Shown here: one piece after another, positions 13,318-26,429 of the stretch | How positions within the stretch are numbered: the stretch's first letter is position 1 | How the letters are laid out: each line of letters opens with the position of its first letter | NCBI RefSeq assembly: GCF_006345805.1 | Contig: NC_043011.1 | Coordinates: forward strand, 44,714,464 to 44,778,463 | Length of the DNA stretch: 64,000 bases | From: Octopus sinensis | Lineage: Eukaryota | Reading direction: 5' to 3' | The notes under the pieces: model-generated | The model's database searches: none | What the model saw: only the letters and a program-made list of their open reading frames with translations | Told to the model about the DNA's origin: nothing | Program-made: the position numbers and the translations under genes

Positions 13318-13666
13318 TAGTAGGGGAGGCCAGCTTATGGGGTTACCCTAGGTTTCTTGCTCATAGGGGGTTTGGCCTTACGGCAGATATTCAGAACCCA
13401 AGCCAATAGCCAAGGCTGAAAGGAGACAATTGTTTACCTTTGTGGTTCTTTGGTGACCACAAGACGGTGGCACGGCCAAAGCTCGATGGCCAATGGCAAA
13501 GGGAGATAATCACCTAGTGTTTACCTTTATAATGAGTCTTTCCTTCTTCCTTATTTTGAAGAGGTCTTAAGGCCAGCAGTGTTTGGGATCTGAGGATACA
13601 CCGTAAGGCCAAACTCCTTATGGGCAAAAAACTCATGGTAACCCCATAAACCAGCCTCCCCCATCA
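13318..13666. mobile_element. MITE with ~80-bp terminal inverted repeats
   Basis: GGGGAGGCCAGCTTATGGGGTTACCCTAGG...TTTGGCCTTACGG at left is the reverse complement of CCGTAAGGCCAAAC...GGTAACCCCATAAACCAGCCTCCCC at right. Confidence 0.85.
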
Positions 13667-14039
13667 TATTAACTGCTCTACATCTTAGAGTATGCTTCTC
13701 CAGATTTATGTAATTCTACAAATGATACATACATACATACATATATGTGTATGACCCTCTTCATGCATATGTATATATATATGCATATATTTATCTTAGT
13801 GTCTAGGTAGGGGGTACAGGATTGGGGAGTGTTGAAGTGGGGTGGGTGAATGTGTGGATGTACAATGCAGAAATTTAAGAAACAAAAACCTACTTATCCT
13901 CACTAAAATCATCAATACCCTACTATGGAGGAAACTGATATTTCCTGTTCACTGAAGTTGTTTGGTAGTGAGAAAGGGAGCAGGGGGAGGATATGAGGGG
14001 TGGGGGAACAGGAATCATAATGGTTTGTTAGCTAGCTTC

Positions 14040-14375
14040 ACCTTGTGGTGGTGGTGGTGGTGGTGGTAGTAATAGTAAAAGCAGCAGTAATAGTGGCAGT
14101 AGTAGCAGTACCAGCTGCAGTAATAGGATTAGTAGCAGTAGCAGCAGCAGCAGCAGCAATAGTAGCATCTCTAGTAGTAGCAGCAGCAGTAGTAGGAATA
14201 GCAATAGTAGTAGCAGTAGCAGCAATAGTAGGAATAGCAGAAGCAGCAACAGCAGTAGTAGTAGCAGTAGTAATAGCAATAGTAGGAATAGCAGTAGCAG
14301 CAGCAATAGTAGGAATAGCAGTAGCAGCAGCAGGAGTAGCAGTCGCAGTAGCAATAGGAGTAGTAGTAGCAGTAC
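14040..14375. repeat. (AGT/AGC)n low-complexity tract
   Basis: Degenerate trinucleotide repeat. Confidence 0.9.
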
Positions 14376-14651
14376 CTGAATTTGGTAAAATAAGGATATA
14401 TTTTTGTACGCGGCTCAGCCCATGTAATATCCTGCCCCTCTCTCACTGTTCTATCTCTGTCTCTTTCACTTTCTCTTCATTCACCTAAGTTAGGTAAATC
14501 TTTACTTACCTATCTATTGGATAGCAATGATAACCTCACATACACATTCATATACACATGCAGTCACACATACATACTGTCCATGCCCCCTTCCCCACAC
14601 ATACACAGAGGTAAATGTGGATGACATATATACATAAGTGTGTGTGTTTAT

Positions 14652-14818
14652 AGGAGTGGCTGTGTGGCAAGTAGCTTGCTTCCCAACCACATGATTCCGG
14701 GTTCGTCCCTTCAGTCCCATTTGAGGCACCTTGGGCATGTGTCTTCTGCTATAGCCTCAGGCCGACCAAAGCCTAGTGAATGGGTTTGGTAGATGAAAAC
14801 TAAAAGAAAACTTTCATG

Positions 14819-14885
<67 letters not shown>

Positions 14886-14963
14886 ATTTGTGTGTCTGTG
14901 TTTGTCCCCCCACCATCGCTTGACAACTGATGTTGGTGTGTTCACGTACCCGTAGCTTAGCGG
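14652..14963 (+). mobile_element. SINE family A, 3'-truncated at the start of the minisatellite
   Basis: Follows the family consensus up to ...CGTAGCTTAGCGG, then switches to the 30-bp array. Confidence 0.85.
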
Positions 14964-17900
14964 TGAACTAATGATGGTGAACTTTCCCTGCAGTGAATCA
15001 ATGATGGTGAACTTTCCCTGCAGTGAACTGATGCTGGTGATCTTTCCCTGCAGTGAATTGATGATGGTGAACTTTCCCTGCAATGAATCAATGATGGTAA
15101 ACTTTCCCTGCAGTGAACTAATGATGGTGAACTTTCCCTGCAGTGAACTGATGCTGGTGATCTTTCCCTGCAGTGAATTGATGATGGTGAACTTTCCCTG
15201 CAATGAATCAATGATGGTAAACTTTCCCTGCAGTGAACTGATGATGGTGAACTTTCCCTGCAGTGAACTGATGCTGGTGATCTTTCCCTGCAGTGAATTG
15301 ATGATGGTGAACTTTCCCTGCAATGAATCAATGATGGTAAACTTTCCCTGCAGTGAACTAATGATGGTGAACTTTCCCTGCAGTGAACTGATGCTGGTGA
15401 TCTTTCCCTGCAGTGAATTGATGATGGTGAACTTTCCCTGCAATGAATCAATGATGGTGAACTTTCCCTGCAGTGAACTGATGATGGTGAACTTTCCCTG
15501 CAGTGAATTGAAAATGGTGAACTTTCCCTGCAGTGAATTGATGATGGTGAACTTTCCCTGCAATGAATCAATGATGGTGAACTTTCCCTGCAATGAATTG
15601 ATGATGGTGAACTTTTCCTGCAGTGAATTGATGATGGTGAACTTTCCCTGCAGTGAATTGATGATGGTGAACTTTCCCTGCAATGAATCAATGATGGTGA
15701 ACTTTCCCTGCAGTGAATTGATGATGGTGAACTTTCCCTGCAATGAATCAATGATGGTGAACTTTCTCTGCAGTGAATTGATGATGGTGAACTTTCCCTG
15801 CAGTAAATTGATGATGGTGAACTTTCCCTGCAATGAACTGATGATGGTGAACTTTCCCTGCAATGAACTGATGATGGTGAACTTTCCCTGCAATGAATCA
15901 ATGATGGTGAACTTTCCCTGCAGTGAATTGATGATGGTGAACTTTCCCTGCAATGAATCAATGATGGTGAACTTTCCCTGCAGTAAATTGATGATGGTGA
16001 ACTTTCCCTGCAATGAACTGATGATGGTGAACTTTCCCTGCAATGAATCAATGATGGTGAACTTTCCCTGCAGTGAACTGATGATGGTGAACTTTCCCTG
16101 CAATGAATCAATGATGGTGAACTTTCCCTGCAGTGAATTGATGATGGTGAACTTTCCCTGCAATGAATCAATGATGGTGAACTTTCCCTGCAGTAAATTG
16201 ATGATGGTGAACTTTCCCTGCAATGAACTGATGATGGTGAACTTTCCCTGCAATGAATCAATGATGGTGAACTTTCCCTGCAGTGAACTGATGATGGTGA
16301 ACTTTCCCTGCAATGAATCAATGATGGTGAACTTTCCCTGCAGTGAATTGATGATGGTGAACTTTCCCTGCAATGAATCAATGATGGTGAACTTTCCCTG
16401 CAGTGAATTGATGATGGTGAACTTTCCCTGCAATGAATCAATGATGGTGAACTTTCCCTGCAGTAAATTGATGATGGTGAACTTTCCCTGCAATGAACTG
16501 ATGATGGTGAACTTTCCCTGCAATGAATCAATGATGGTGAACTTTCCCTGCAGTGAACTGATGATGGTGAACTTTCCCTGCAATGAACTGATGATGGTGA
16601 ACTTTCCCTGCAGTGAATTGATGATGGTGAACTTTCCCTGCAATGAATCAATGATGGTGTACTTTCTCTGCAGTGAATTGATGATGGTGAACTTTCCCTG
16701 CAATGAACTGATGATGGTGAACTTTCCCTGCAGTGAATTGATGATGGTGAACTTTCCCTGCAATGAATCAATGATGGTGAACTTTCTCTGCAGTGAATTG
16801 ATGATGGTGAACTTTCCCTGCAATGAACTGATGATGGTGAACTTTCCCTGCAGTGAATTGATGATGGTGAACTTTCCCTGCAGTGAATTGATGATGGTGA
16901 ACTTTCCCTGCAATGAATCAATGATGGTGAACTTTCCCTGCAGTAAATTGATGATGGTGAACTTTCCCTGCAATGAACTGATGATGGTGAACTTTCCCTG
17001 CAGTGAATTGATGATGGTGAACTTTCCCTGCAGTGAATTGATGATGGTGAACTTTCCCTGCAATGAATCAATGATGGTGAACTTTCCCTGCAGTGAATTG
17101 ATGATGGTGAACTTTCCCTGCAATGAATCAATGATGGTGAACTTTCCCTGCAATGAACTGATGATGGTGAACTTTCCCTGCAGTGAATTGATGATGGTGA
17201 ACTTTCCCTGCAGTGAATTGATGATGGTGAACTTTCCCTGCAGTGAATTGATGATGGTGAACTTTCCCTGCAGTGAATTGATGATGGTGAACTTTCCCTG
17301 CAGTGAATTGATGATGGTGAACTTTCCCTGCAATGAATCAATGATGGTGTACTTTCCCTGCAGTGAATTGATGATGGTGAACTTTCCCTGCAGTGAATTG
17401 ATGATGGTGAACTTTCCCTGCAATGAATCAATGATGGTGTACTTTCCCTGCAGTGAATTGATGATGGTGAACTTTCCCTGCAATGAATCAATGATGGTGA
17501 ACTTTCCCTGCAGTGAATTGATGATGGTGAACTTTCCCTGCAATGAATCAATGATGGTGTACTTTCCCTGCAGTGAATTGATGATGGTGAACTTTCCCTG
17601 CAGTGAATTGATGATGGTGAACTTTCCCTGCAATGAATCAATGATGGTGAACTTTCCCTGCAGTGAATTGATGATGGTGAACTTTCCCTGCAATGAATCA
17701 ATGATGGTGAACTTTCCCTGCAGTGAATTGATGATGGTGAACTTTCCCTGCAATGAATCAATGATGGTGAACTTTCCCTGCAGTAAATTGATGATGGTGA
17801 ACTTACCCTGCAATGAACTGATGATGGTGAACTTTCCCTGCAATGAATCATGATGGTGAACTTTCCCTGCAGTGAATTGATGATGGTGAACTTTCCCTGC

Positions 17901-20342
17901 AATGAATCAATGATGGTGAACTTTCCCTGCAGTAATTGATGATGGTGAACTTTCCCTGCAATGAACTGATGATGGTGAACTTTCCCTGCATGAATCAATG
18001 ATGGTGAACTTTCCCTGCAGTGAATTGATGATGGTGAACTTTCCCTGCAATGAATCAATGATGGTGAACTTTCCCTGCAGTAAATTGATGATGGTGAACT
18101 TTCCCTGCAATGAATGATGATGGTGAACTTTCCCTGCAATGAATCAATGATGGTGAACTTTCCCTGCAGTGAATTGATGATGGTGAACTTTCCCTGCAAT
18201 GAATCAATGATGGTGAACTTTCCTGCAGTAATTGATGATGGTGAAATTTCCCTGCAATGAACCGATGATGGTGAACTTTCCCTGCAATGAATCAATGATG
18301 GTGAACTTTCCCTGCAGTAAATTGATGATGGTGAACTTTCCCTGCAATGAACTGATGATGGTGAACTTTCCCTGCAATGAATCAATGATGGTGAACTTTC
18401 CCTGCAGTGAATTGATGATGGTGAACTTTCCCTGCAATGAATCAATGATGGTGAACTTTCCCTGCAGTGAATTGATGATGGTGAACTTTCCCTGCAATGA
18501 ACTGATGATGGTGAACTTTCCCTGCAATGAATCAATAATGGTGAACTTTCCCTGCAGTGAATTGATGATGGTGAACTTTCCCTGCAATGAATCAATGATG
18601 GTGAACTTTCCCTGCAGTGAATTGATGATGGTGAACTTTCCCTGCAATGAATCAATGATGGTGAACTTTCCCTGCAGTGAATTGATGATGGTGAACTTTC
18701 CCTGCAGTGAATTGATGATGGTGAACTTTCCCTGCAGTGAATTGATGATGGTGAACTTTCCCTGCAGTGAATTGATGATGGTGAACTTTCCCTGCAATGA
18801 ATCAATGATGGTGAACTTTCCCTGCAATGAACTGATGATGGTGAACTTTCCCTGCAGTAAATTGATGATGGTGAACTTTCCCTGCAATGAACTGATGATG
18901 GTGAACTTTCCCTGCAATGAATCAATGATGGTGAACTTTCCCTGCAGTGAACTGATGATGGTGAACTTTCCCTGCAATGAATCAATGATGGTGAACTTTC
19001 CCTGCAGTGAATTGATGATGGTGAACTTTCCCTGCAGTGAATTGATGATGGTGAACTTTCCCTGCAATGAATCAATGATGGTGAACTTTCCCTGCAGTGA
19101 ATTGATGATGGTGAACTTTCCCTGCAGTGAATTGATGATGGTGAACTTTCCTGCAGTGAATTGATGATGGTGAACTTTCCCTGCAGTGAATTGATGATGG
19201 TGAACTTTCCCTGCAATGAATCAATGATGGTGAACTTTCCCTGCAGTGAATTGATGATGGTGAACTTTCCCTGCAGTGAATTGATGATGGTGAACTTTCC
19301 CTGCAGTGAATTGATGATGGTGAACTTTCCCTGCAATGAATCAATGATGGTGAACTTTCCCTGCATTGAACTGATGATGGTGAACTTTCCCTGCAGTGAA
19401 TTGATGATGGTGAACTTTCTCTGCAGTGAATTGATGATGGTGAACTTTCCCTGCAATGAATCAATGATGGTGAACTTTCCCTGCAGTGAATTGATGATGG
19501 TGAACTTTCCCTGCAGTGAACTGATGATGGTGAACTTTCCCTGCAGTGAATTGATGATGGTGAACTTTCCCTGCAGTGAATTGATGATGGTGAACTTTCC
19601 CTGCAATGAATCAATGATGGTGAACTTTCTCTGCAGTGAATTGATGATGGTGAACTTTCCCTGCAATGAATCAATGATGGTGAACTTTCTCTGCAGTGAA
19701 TTGATGATGGTGAACTTTCCCTGCAATGAATCAATGATGGTGAACTTTCTCTGCAGTGAATTGATGATGGTGAACTTTCCCTGCAGTAAATTGATGATGG
19801 TGAACTTTCCCTGCAATGAACTGATGATGGTGAACTTTCCCTGCAATGAATCAATGATGGTGAACTTTCCCTGCAGTGAATTGATGATGGTGAACTTTCC
19901 CTGCAATGAATCAATGATGGTGAACTTTCCCTGCAGTAAATTGATGATGGTGAACTTTCTCTGCAGTGAATTGATGATGGTGAACTTTCCCTGCAATGAA
20001 TCAATGATGGTGAACTTTCCCTGCAATGAATCAATGATGGTGAACTTTCCCTGCAGTAAATTGATGATGGTGAACTTTCCTGCAATGAACTGATGATGGT
20101 GAACTTTCCCTGCATGAATCAATGATGGTGAACTTTCCCTGCATGAATTGATGATGGTGAACTTTCCCTGCAATGAATTGATGATGGTGAACTTTCCCTG
20201 CAGTGAATCAATGATGGTGAACTTCCCTGCAATGAATCATGATGGTGAACTTTCCCTGCAGTGAATTGATGATGGTGAACTTTCCCTGCAATGAATCAAT
20301 GATGGTGAACTTTCCCTGCAGTAAATTGATGATGGTGAACTT
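14964..20342. repeat. Minisatellite/satellite array, 30-bp unit ATGATGGTGAACTTTCCCTGCA(G/A)T(G/A)AA(T/C)(TG/CA), about 179 copies
   Basis: Units stack in register in the 60-nt lines; few variant types; 1-bp indels only from ~17850 onward. Confidence 0.98.
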
Positions 20343-20742
20343 TATTCTTTTATTCTTTTACTTGTTTCAGTCATTTGACTGTGGCCTTGCTGGAGTACCA
20401 CCTTAAGGGGTTTTAGTCGAACAAATCAACCCCAAGACTTATTCTTTGTAAGCCTAGTACTTATTCTATTGGTCTCTTTTTTCCTGAATTGCTAAGTTAC
20501 GGGAACATAAACACACCAACATCAGTTGTCAAACAATGGCAGTGGAGACAAACACAGACACAAATATATACATCTATAATGGGCTTCTTTCAATTTCCAT
20601 CTACCAAATCCACTCCCAGACTTTGGTTGGAACCAAGGCTATAGCAGAAGACACTTGCCCAAGGTCCCATGCAGTGGAACTGAACCCAGAACCATGTCAT
20701 TGGGAAGCAAGCTTCTTACCACACAGCCATGCCTGCACCTAT
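20343..20742 (-). mobile_element. SINE family A, full length, inverted relative to 14652-14963
   Basis: Reverse complement of the family consensus directly abutting the array. Confidence 0.88.
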
Positions 20743-21291
20743 ACATAAATATGTATGTGTATACGTATGTATGTGGGTATGTACATATGTATGTGTATAT
20801 ATATATACATATACATACGTGCTAGTCCCACATTGAAAGCACCTAGTAACTCTGTAAAGTAGTTGGCTTTAGGAAGGGTATCCAGCCATAGAATCTATGG
20901 CAAAACAAACAATTTAAGCCTGGTGCAGCTCTCTGGCTTGCCAGCTCCTGTCAAACCATCCAACCCATGCTAGCATGGTAAACAAACATTAAATGCTGCT
21001 CCTGCTGCTGCTGCTGATGTATGTATGTATGTGTGTATGCATGTATGTATGTATGTATGTATGTATGTATGTATATATGCATGATTGGAAGCACTCAGCA
21101 CTTGACAATTATTCTATTCAATTTATTTTCAAGGAACTGCCAATCATAAAAAAGATTTTCCAATTACTGGAGACTGTAAGAAGATTTTAACAGAAACATT
21201 TAACAATTCTTTAGCTGTATAATGTGTTTTCTGCTTGCTTTTCATTTTTGTTTCTTCTATACACACTCACATACGTATATATACTTAAACA

Positions 21292-21322
<31 letters not shown>

Positions 21323-21689
21323 GAATATATATATATATATTATATATATATATATGTATGTATATATATAGAGAGAATATATATGTATATATATATATAT
21401 ATGTAGAGAGAGAGAGAGAGAGAATATATATGTATATAGAGAGGGAAAAAGAAAGAGAGAGAGAGAGAGAAGTTGAAAATGCACTGAGGCTCGTTTAGAT
21501 TTTTTTATTTTCAAATTATTAAAGACAACCACTTTCACAATTTTTTTTTGATTTTTCCAAAGTTGAGATAGAAAGTTATGATAAAAAATCTAAATGAATC
21601 CCAGTGAATTTTCAACTCTTTTCTCAATATTTCTACCTATGTAGAATAAAATAACATCGTTTATATATATATATATATATTTTAGGGTG

Positions 21690-22842
21690 TTTTTCATTAC
21701 ACAATCAAGTTGTTGGCAATAGACTTCTGCATTGATGGTTCTTCCATGTTCTAGTAGCTGGTAATGGACGATACCTTTCATGTTCCACCAAACACAGAGC
21801 AAGGATTTTTGTGGATGGGGATTCTGGTTTTGGTGTTAGCCCTGGCCTCTCATTACGTGATAACCATTGTTTTTTTCATTTTCTGTTGCGATGTAAAACC
21901 CATTTTTCATCACCTGTAACAATGTGCTGCAGAAATGACAGGTTGATATTCCTGGTTTGAAGACTGCTGCAGATGGTGGAACGTTTATGTTTGGTTCCCA
22001 AGTGTAAGCTCATGTGGAACCTAAATTCCCTCTTTGCATGTTTTCCCAATTTGCTTGAGAATGTTTGTGGATAGTTGAATATAACACATTAAGTCTTTGT
22101 GCCAAATCTCTGGTGCTTCGATTTGGACCTGATACAATAGTTTCATTCAAAGGGTTGCCATTCAGAATGGATCATCTTCCAGAGTGAGGCTTGTTAGATA
22201 TGTCACAATTGTGGAGGCACATGGTCTAGTGGTTATAGCAGCAGACTCGCGGTCAAGGGATCGCTGGTTCGAATCTCAGACCAGGCGATGTGTGTGTTTA
22301 TGAGCAAAACACCTAAGCCCCATACGGCTCCGGAAGAAAGTAATGGCGAACTTCTGCTGACTCTTTCGCCACAACTTTCTCTCACTCTTTCCTCCAGCAT
22401 TTTGCAGTTCACCTGCGACGGACTGGTGTCCCGTCCAAGTGGGGAACCTATATGCCAAGGAAACCAGGAAACCGGCCTTTATGAGCCAGGCATGGCTCGA
22501 GAAGGAACAAACAAAAGAATATGTCACAATCGCCATGCTTAAACCTTTTGAAACCACAGCTGACATGTACAAGCTTTTGCTGTGTCTTCTTCACAAATGG
22601 TCTTCGTTGCTTCTGTACCAGCACTTTTCTTTTGAAATTCATACATATGTTGTTTCATAAAGTTCTTATCTTTGATAGAGTTAATTACAGAAACGACTAT
22701 GAAAGACACACTGCTGGTTAGAAGAGATGATATATTATCTTGAAACAGTTCCCCACCCATTTGACCTAGGCTCTGACGCCATTGGTTGAGTCATATTTCA
22801 CAGTGCATGAAAAAAATCCAATTACTTTCTGAACATCCTAAT
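21690..22842 (-). pseudogene. Second mariner transposase pseudogene, 3'-truncated, interrupted by a SINE, with its 5' TIR
   Basis: MYEFQK...ATKTICE...WFKRFKHGD, IVTGDEKWV, LCVWWNMKGIVHYQLL...TINAEVYCQQL; TIR-like TATTAGGATGTTCAGAAAGTAATT at ~22820-22843 on the minus strand. Confidence 0.9.
22210..22518 (+). mobile_element. tRNA(Arg-like)-headed SINE with a 12-bp TSD
   Basis: A box TGGTCTAGTGG, B box GGTTCGAATC; ATATGTCACAAT duplicated at 22198-22209 and 22519-22530. Confidence 0.92.
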
Positions 22843-22856
22843 ATATATATATATAT

Positions 22857-22902
<46 letters not shown>

Positions 22903-23040
22903 ACACACACACTCACACACATGCACACACATACACAAACACATGTATATATTTGTTACTAGCAATGGAAGCATTATTAGTTCAAAATAGCATTCTGTAT
23001 ATCTTCTTTAATATGGACATATTTTAATATGGACTTACTA

Positions 23041-23458
23041 TAGGTGCAGGAGTGGCTGTGTGATAAGTAACTTGCTTACCAACCATATGGTTCTGGGTTC
23101 AGTCCCACTGCATGGCATCTCGGACAAGTGTTTCTACTATAGCCTCAGGCCAGCCAAAGGCTTGTAAGTGGATTTGGTAGCCAGAAACTGAAAGAAGCCC
23201 ATCATATATATATATATATATATGTATATGCATATGTGTGTGTGTGTATGTTTGTGTTTGTTTGTCCCCACCAACATCGCTCGACAACCGATACTGATGT
23301 GTTTACATCCCTGTAGCTTAGCAATTCAGCAAAAGAGACTGATAGAATAAATACCAGGATTACAAAGAATAAGTTCTGGGGTCGATTTGCTTGGCTAAAG
23401 GCGGTGCTCCAGCATGGCTGCAGACAGATGACAGAAACAAATAAAAGAATAAAAGAAT
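23041..23458 (+). mobile_element. SINE family A
   Basis: Full consensus match. Confidence 0.88.
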
Positions 23459-23899
23459 ACTGTAGAAAGCCATAATACTGTGCTATTCATCTCGAGAAAG
23501 CATCTCGTATAGGCATACAGTACTAAAAATCACAGTGTATCTGTAGCAAATACAAGGCATCCCGCAGTGTCATTAGATATGCGAAATCCAGAATCCTGTG
23601 TCTTTGCAACTGTTCAGTTGCAAGGATCCACTATTAACTGCTTGCAGAGACAAATTTCTTTTCTCCTAATATAAACAATGACTAATCAGTCACTGGTTGT
23701 TGCAAATAGCTGGAGGGCAAGATAAACTTTAAGTTGCATGGAGGCTAATCAAACTGTTATTGAATAAATTATACATATATATATATATATATGTATATAT
23801 CATTGTCATCATCATTATCATCATCATTATTATTAAATAAATAATATATTTATCATCATCAGAGTATATTATGTGTGGGTGTATGTTTGTGTATAGACA

Positions 23900-23905
23900 T
23901 ATATA

Positions 23906-23950
<45 letters not shown>

Positions 23951-24063
23951 ATAAACAATATATATATATATATAATTATCATCATTATTATTATTATTAT
24001 CATTATTATTATTATTATTATTATTATTAAATAAACAATATATATATATATATATAATTATCA

Positions 24064-24129
<66 letters not shown>

Positions 24130-24174
24130 TATATTATTATTAAATAAACAATATATATATATATAAAACTATCA

Positions 24175-24214
<40 letters not shown>

Positions 24215-24330
24215 CATTATTATTATTATATTATTATTATTAAATAAACAATATATATATATTATTATCATTATTATTATAAATAAACAATATGTATATT
24301 TATATATAGCATTAAATAAATAATATATAT
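23900..24330. repeat. Compound minisatellite of (ATT)n-AAATAAACAA-(TA)n units
   Basis: The AAATAAACAATATAT anchor recurs about five times between microsatellite runs. Confidence 0.85.
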
Positions 24331-24731
24331 ATATATATTATATATACACACACACACACACACACCTTTTTCAGTCTATCATGGTTGATCAGTTTTTACA
24401 TAGACGATTAAGTTGTTTAAATAAAATAAATTTGGCAGCCAAAAACGAAATAATCTCCAAAATGAAAGAATTAGAGGAAACCAATAAAAATGATCAAAAC
24501 CGCTTATCATATAATGTGTGAATTTAGGGAACTGGTTGTATGATTGTGTGTGTGTATAGTTGTATGTGAATGGTCATATGTAATGGTTGTATGTGTATGT
24601 GTGTGTCAGTGTTGTGTGTATATGACTATGTATGTGTATGTGTGTTAGTAGTTGTATGTAGATGTATGTTTGTGTTTGCATGTCTATGGATCTATTTAAT
24701 TACTTATGTGTGTGTTGCTGTTTAGTTGTGC

Positions 24732-24765
<34 letters not shown>

Positions 24766-25424
24766 GCATGTGTGGCATTATGATTGCCTGTATATGTATG
24801 CCAGTGTGTGTGTGTGTGTGTGTCTGTGTGTGTGTATCTGTGTGTGTAAGTATAAGTAGTTGTATGTATGTGTAAAGTAGTATAACTATGGCTGTATGCA
24901 TGAAATGTGTGTATGTGTGTGTGTGTGTGTGTGTGTGTCTGCTTGTGCATGTGTGTGTGTATGTATGTGTACATGCTTATGTGTATGTGTATGGCCCATG
25001 TGTCTGTGCATGTGTGCCTGTGTTTATATGTGTGCATGACCGTATACATGTGTGCATGCCTGTATGTGTGTGTCTGTGCGTGTGCATGTATGTGTCTGCA
25101 AGCTTTATATTTATGTATGTATGTGTCTGCAAGTATATGTATGTGTGTTCCTGTATGACTATGTAAGAGCTATGAGGAATTCCAGATTGTGTCATTGTGG
25201 GATGTGTGTGTGTACATGTGTTTGTACGTGTGTGTGTGTGCGTGTGTGTGTGTGTGTGTGTGCCTGTGTACATTACACAGAAAGTGGACATGGAAGCTAT
25301 TAGAACAGCTTTAGTGGGACAATAATCAATAACGGTCAATGGATAATATTATGACTCAATCACAGAAATAAAGACTGAACTGCATTTATTGAACTACAAA
25401 ATGGGAATATTATTATCATCATCA

Positions 25425-25455
<31 letters not shown>

Positions 25456-25550
25456 TATAATTATTATTATTATTATTATTAGGTTGGTGCAGATAAGAGA
25501 GAACGTGAATGCATACACTGTTCATGTATACATACATGCATACATACATA

Positions 25551-25592
<42 letters not shown>

Positions 25593-26429
25593 CATATATA
25601 CATATAGGTACATACACAAATACACACACACATATACATATATATATTATATATGTTTATATGCTCATATACATATGTATATGTGTGAGTATATATATAT
25701 GATTATATTTATGAATATACACACACACATATATGCATATATATATACACACCCACATACACACATGTACAAACATCCACACACCTACACGCACATTCTT
25801 TTTTACTTTCAGTCATACATACATATGCACAGACATTTGTACCATTCACAAATGAGCCAACGAGAAAGCCTGTATGTGACCGATTGATCTGTTAGGAGGA
25901 GCAGTGAAATCTCCCTCAAATCACATCCAAGAGATTGAACATAAAACAAAAAGATGAGATGGTCACAAATGGAAAGGCTTTGATCATTAGTTTGCATGAT
26001 TAGGGTTACGCAATGATGATTCACTCATACATATATAAGAGCACACAAATGTACACATGTATATACACATATACACTAATATGTATGTTTGCACACACAC
26101 ACACATACCACAGATATTGTTTCTCATACTGAAACACACATATACACACAGTCACAAACATGGGCACACGTATATACACATACACCTACTCACATACACA
26201 CATCCTAGTTTTGACGTTTAACCAGTCCAAGAGTTTCAGATCTAGTATTGCATTCACAGATAAATGACTGATAATACACACACACACACACACACACACA
26301 CCACAAATATTGTTTCTCATACTGAAACACATATATGCACACAGTCATACACATGGGCACACATATATACACATATGCCTACTCACACACACTCATACAC
26401 ACTTGTGTATATATATATATATATAATAA

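Noticed and set aside
14964-20342. CRISPR array
   Set aside because: The 30-bp units are contiguous with no unique spacers, there are no cas genes, and the context is eukaryotic
14964-20342. Hammerhead or C/D-box snoRNA motifs in the array (CTGATGA in some variants)
   Set aside because: No GAAA box or stem II, and no box C/D spacing with a terminal stem
22212-22285. Functional tRNA genes (also at 31045, 47716, 62350)
   Set aside because: A and B boxes are present but acceptor stems do not pair, and each is fused to a SINE body
25478-25497. TTAGGTTGGTGCA mariner TIR-like word
   Set aside because: Isolated, with no partner TIR or internal sequence
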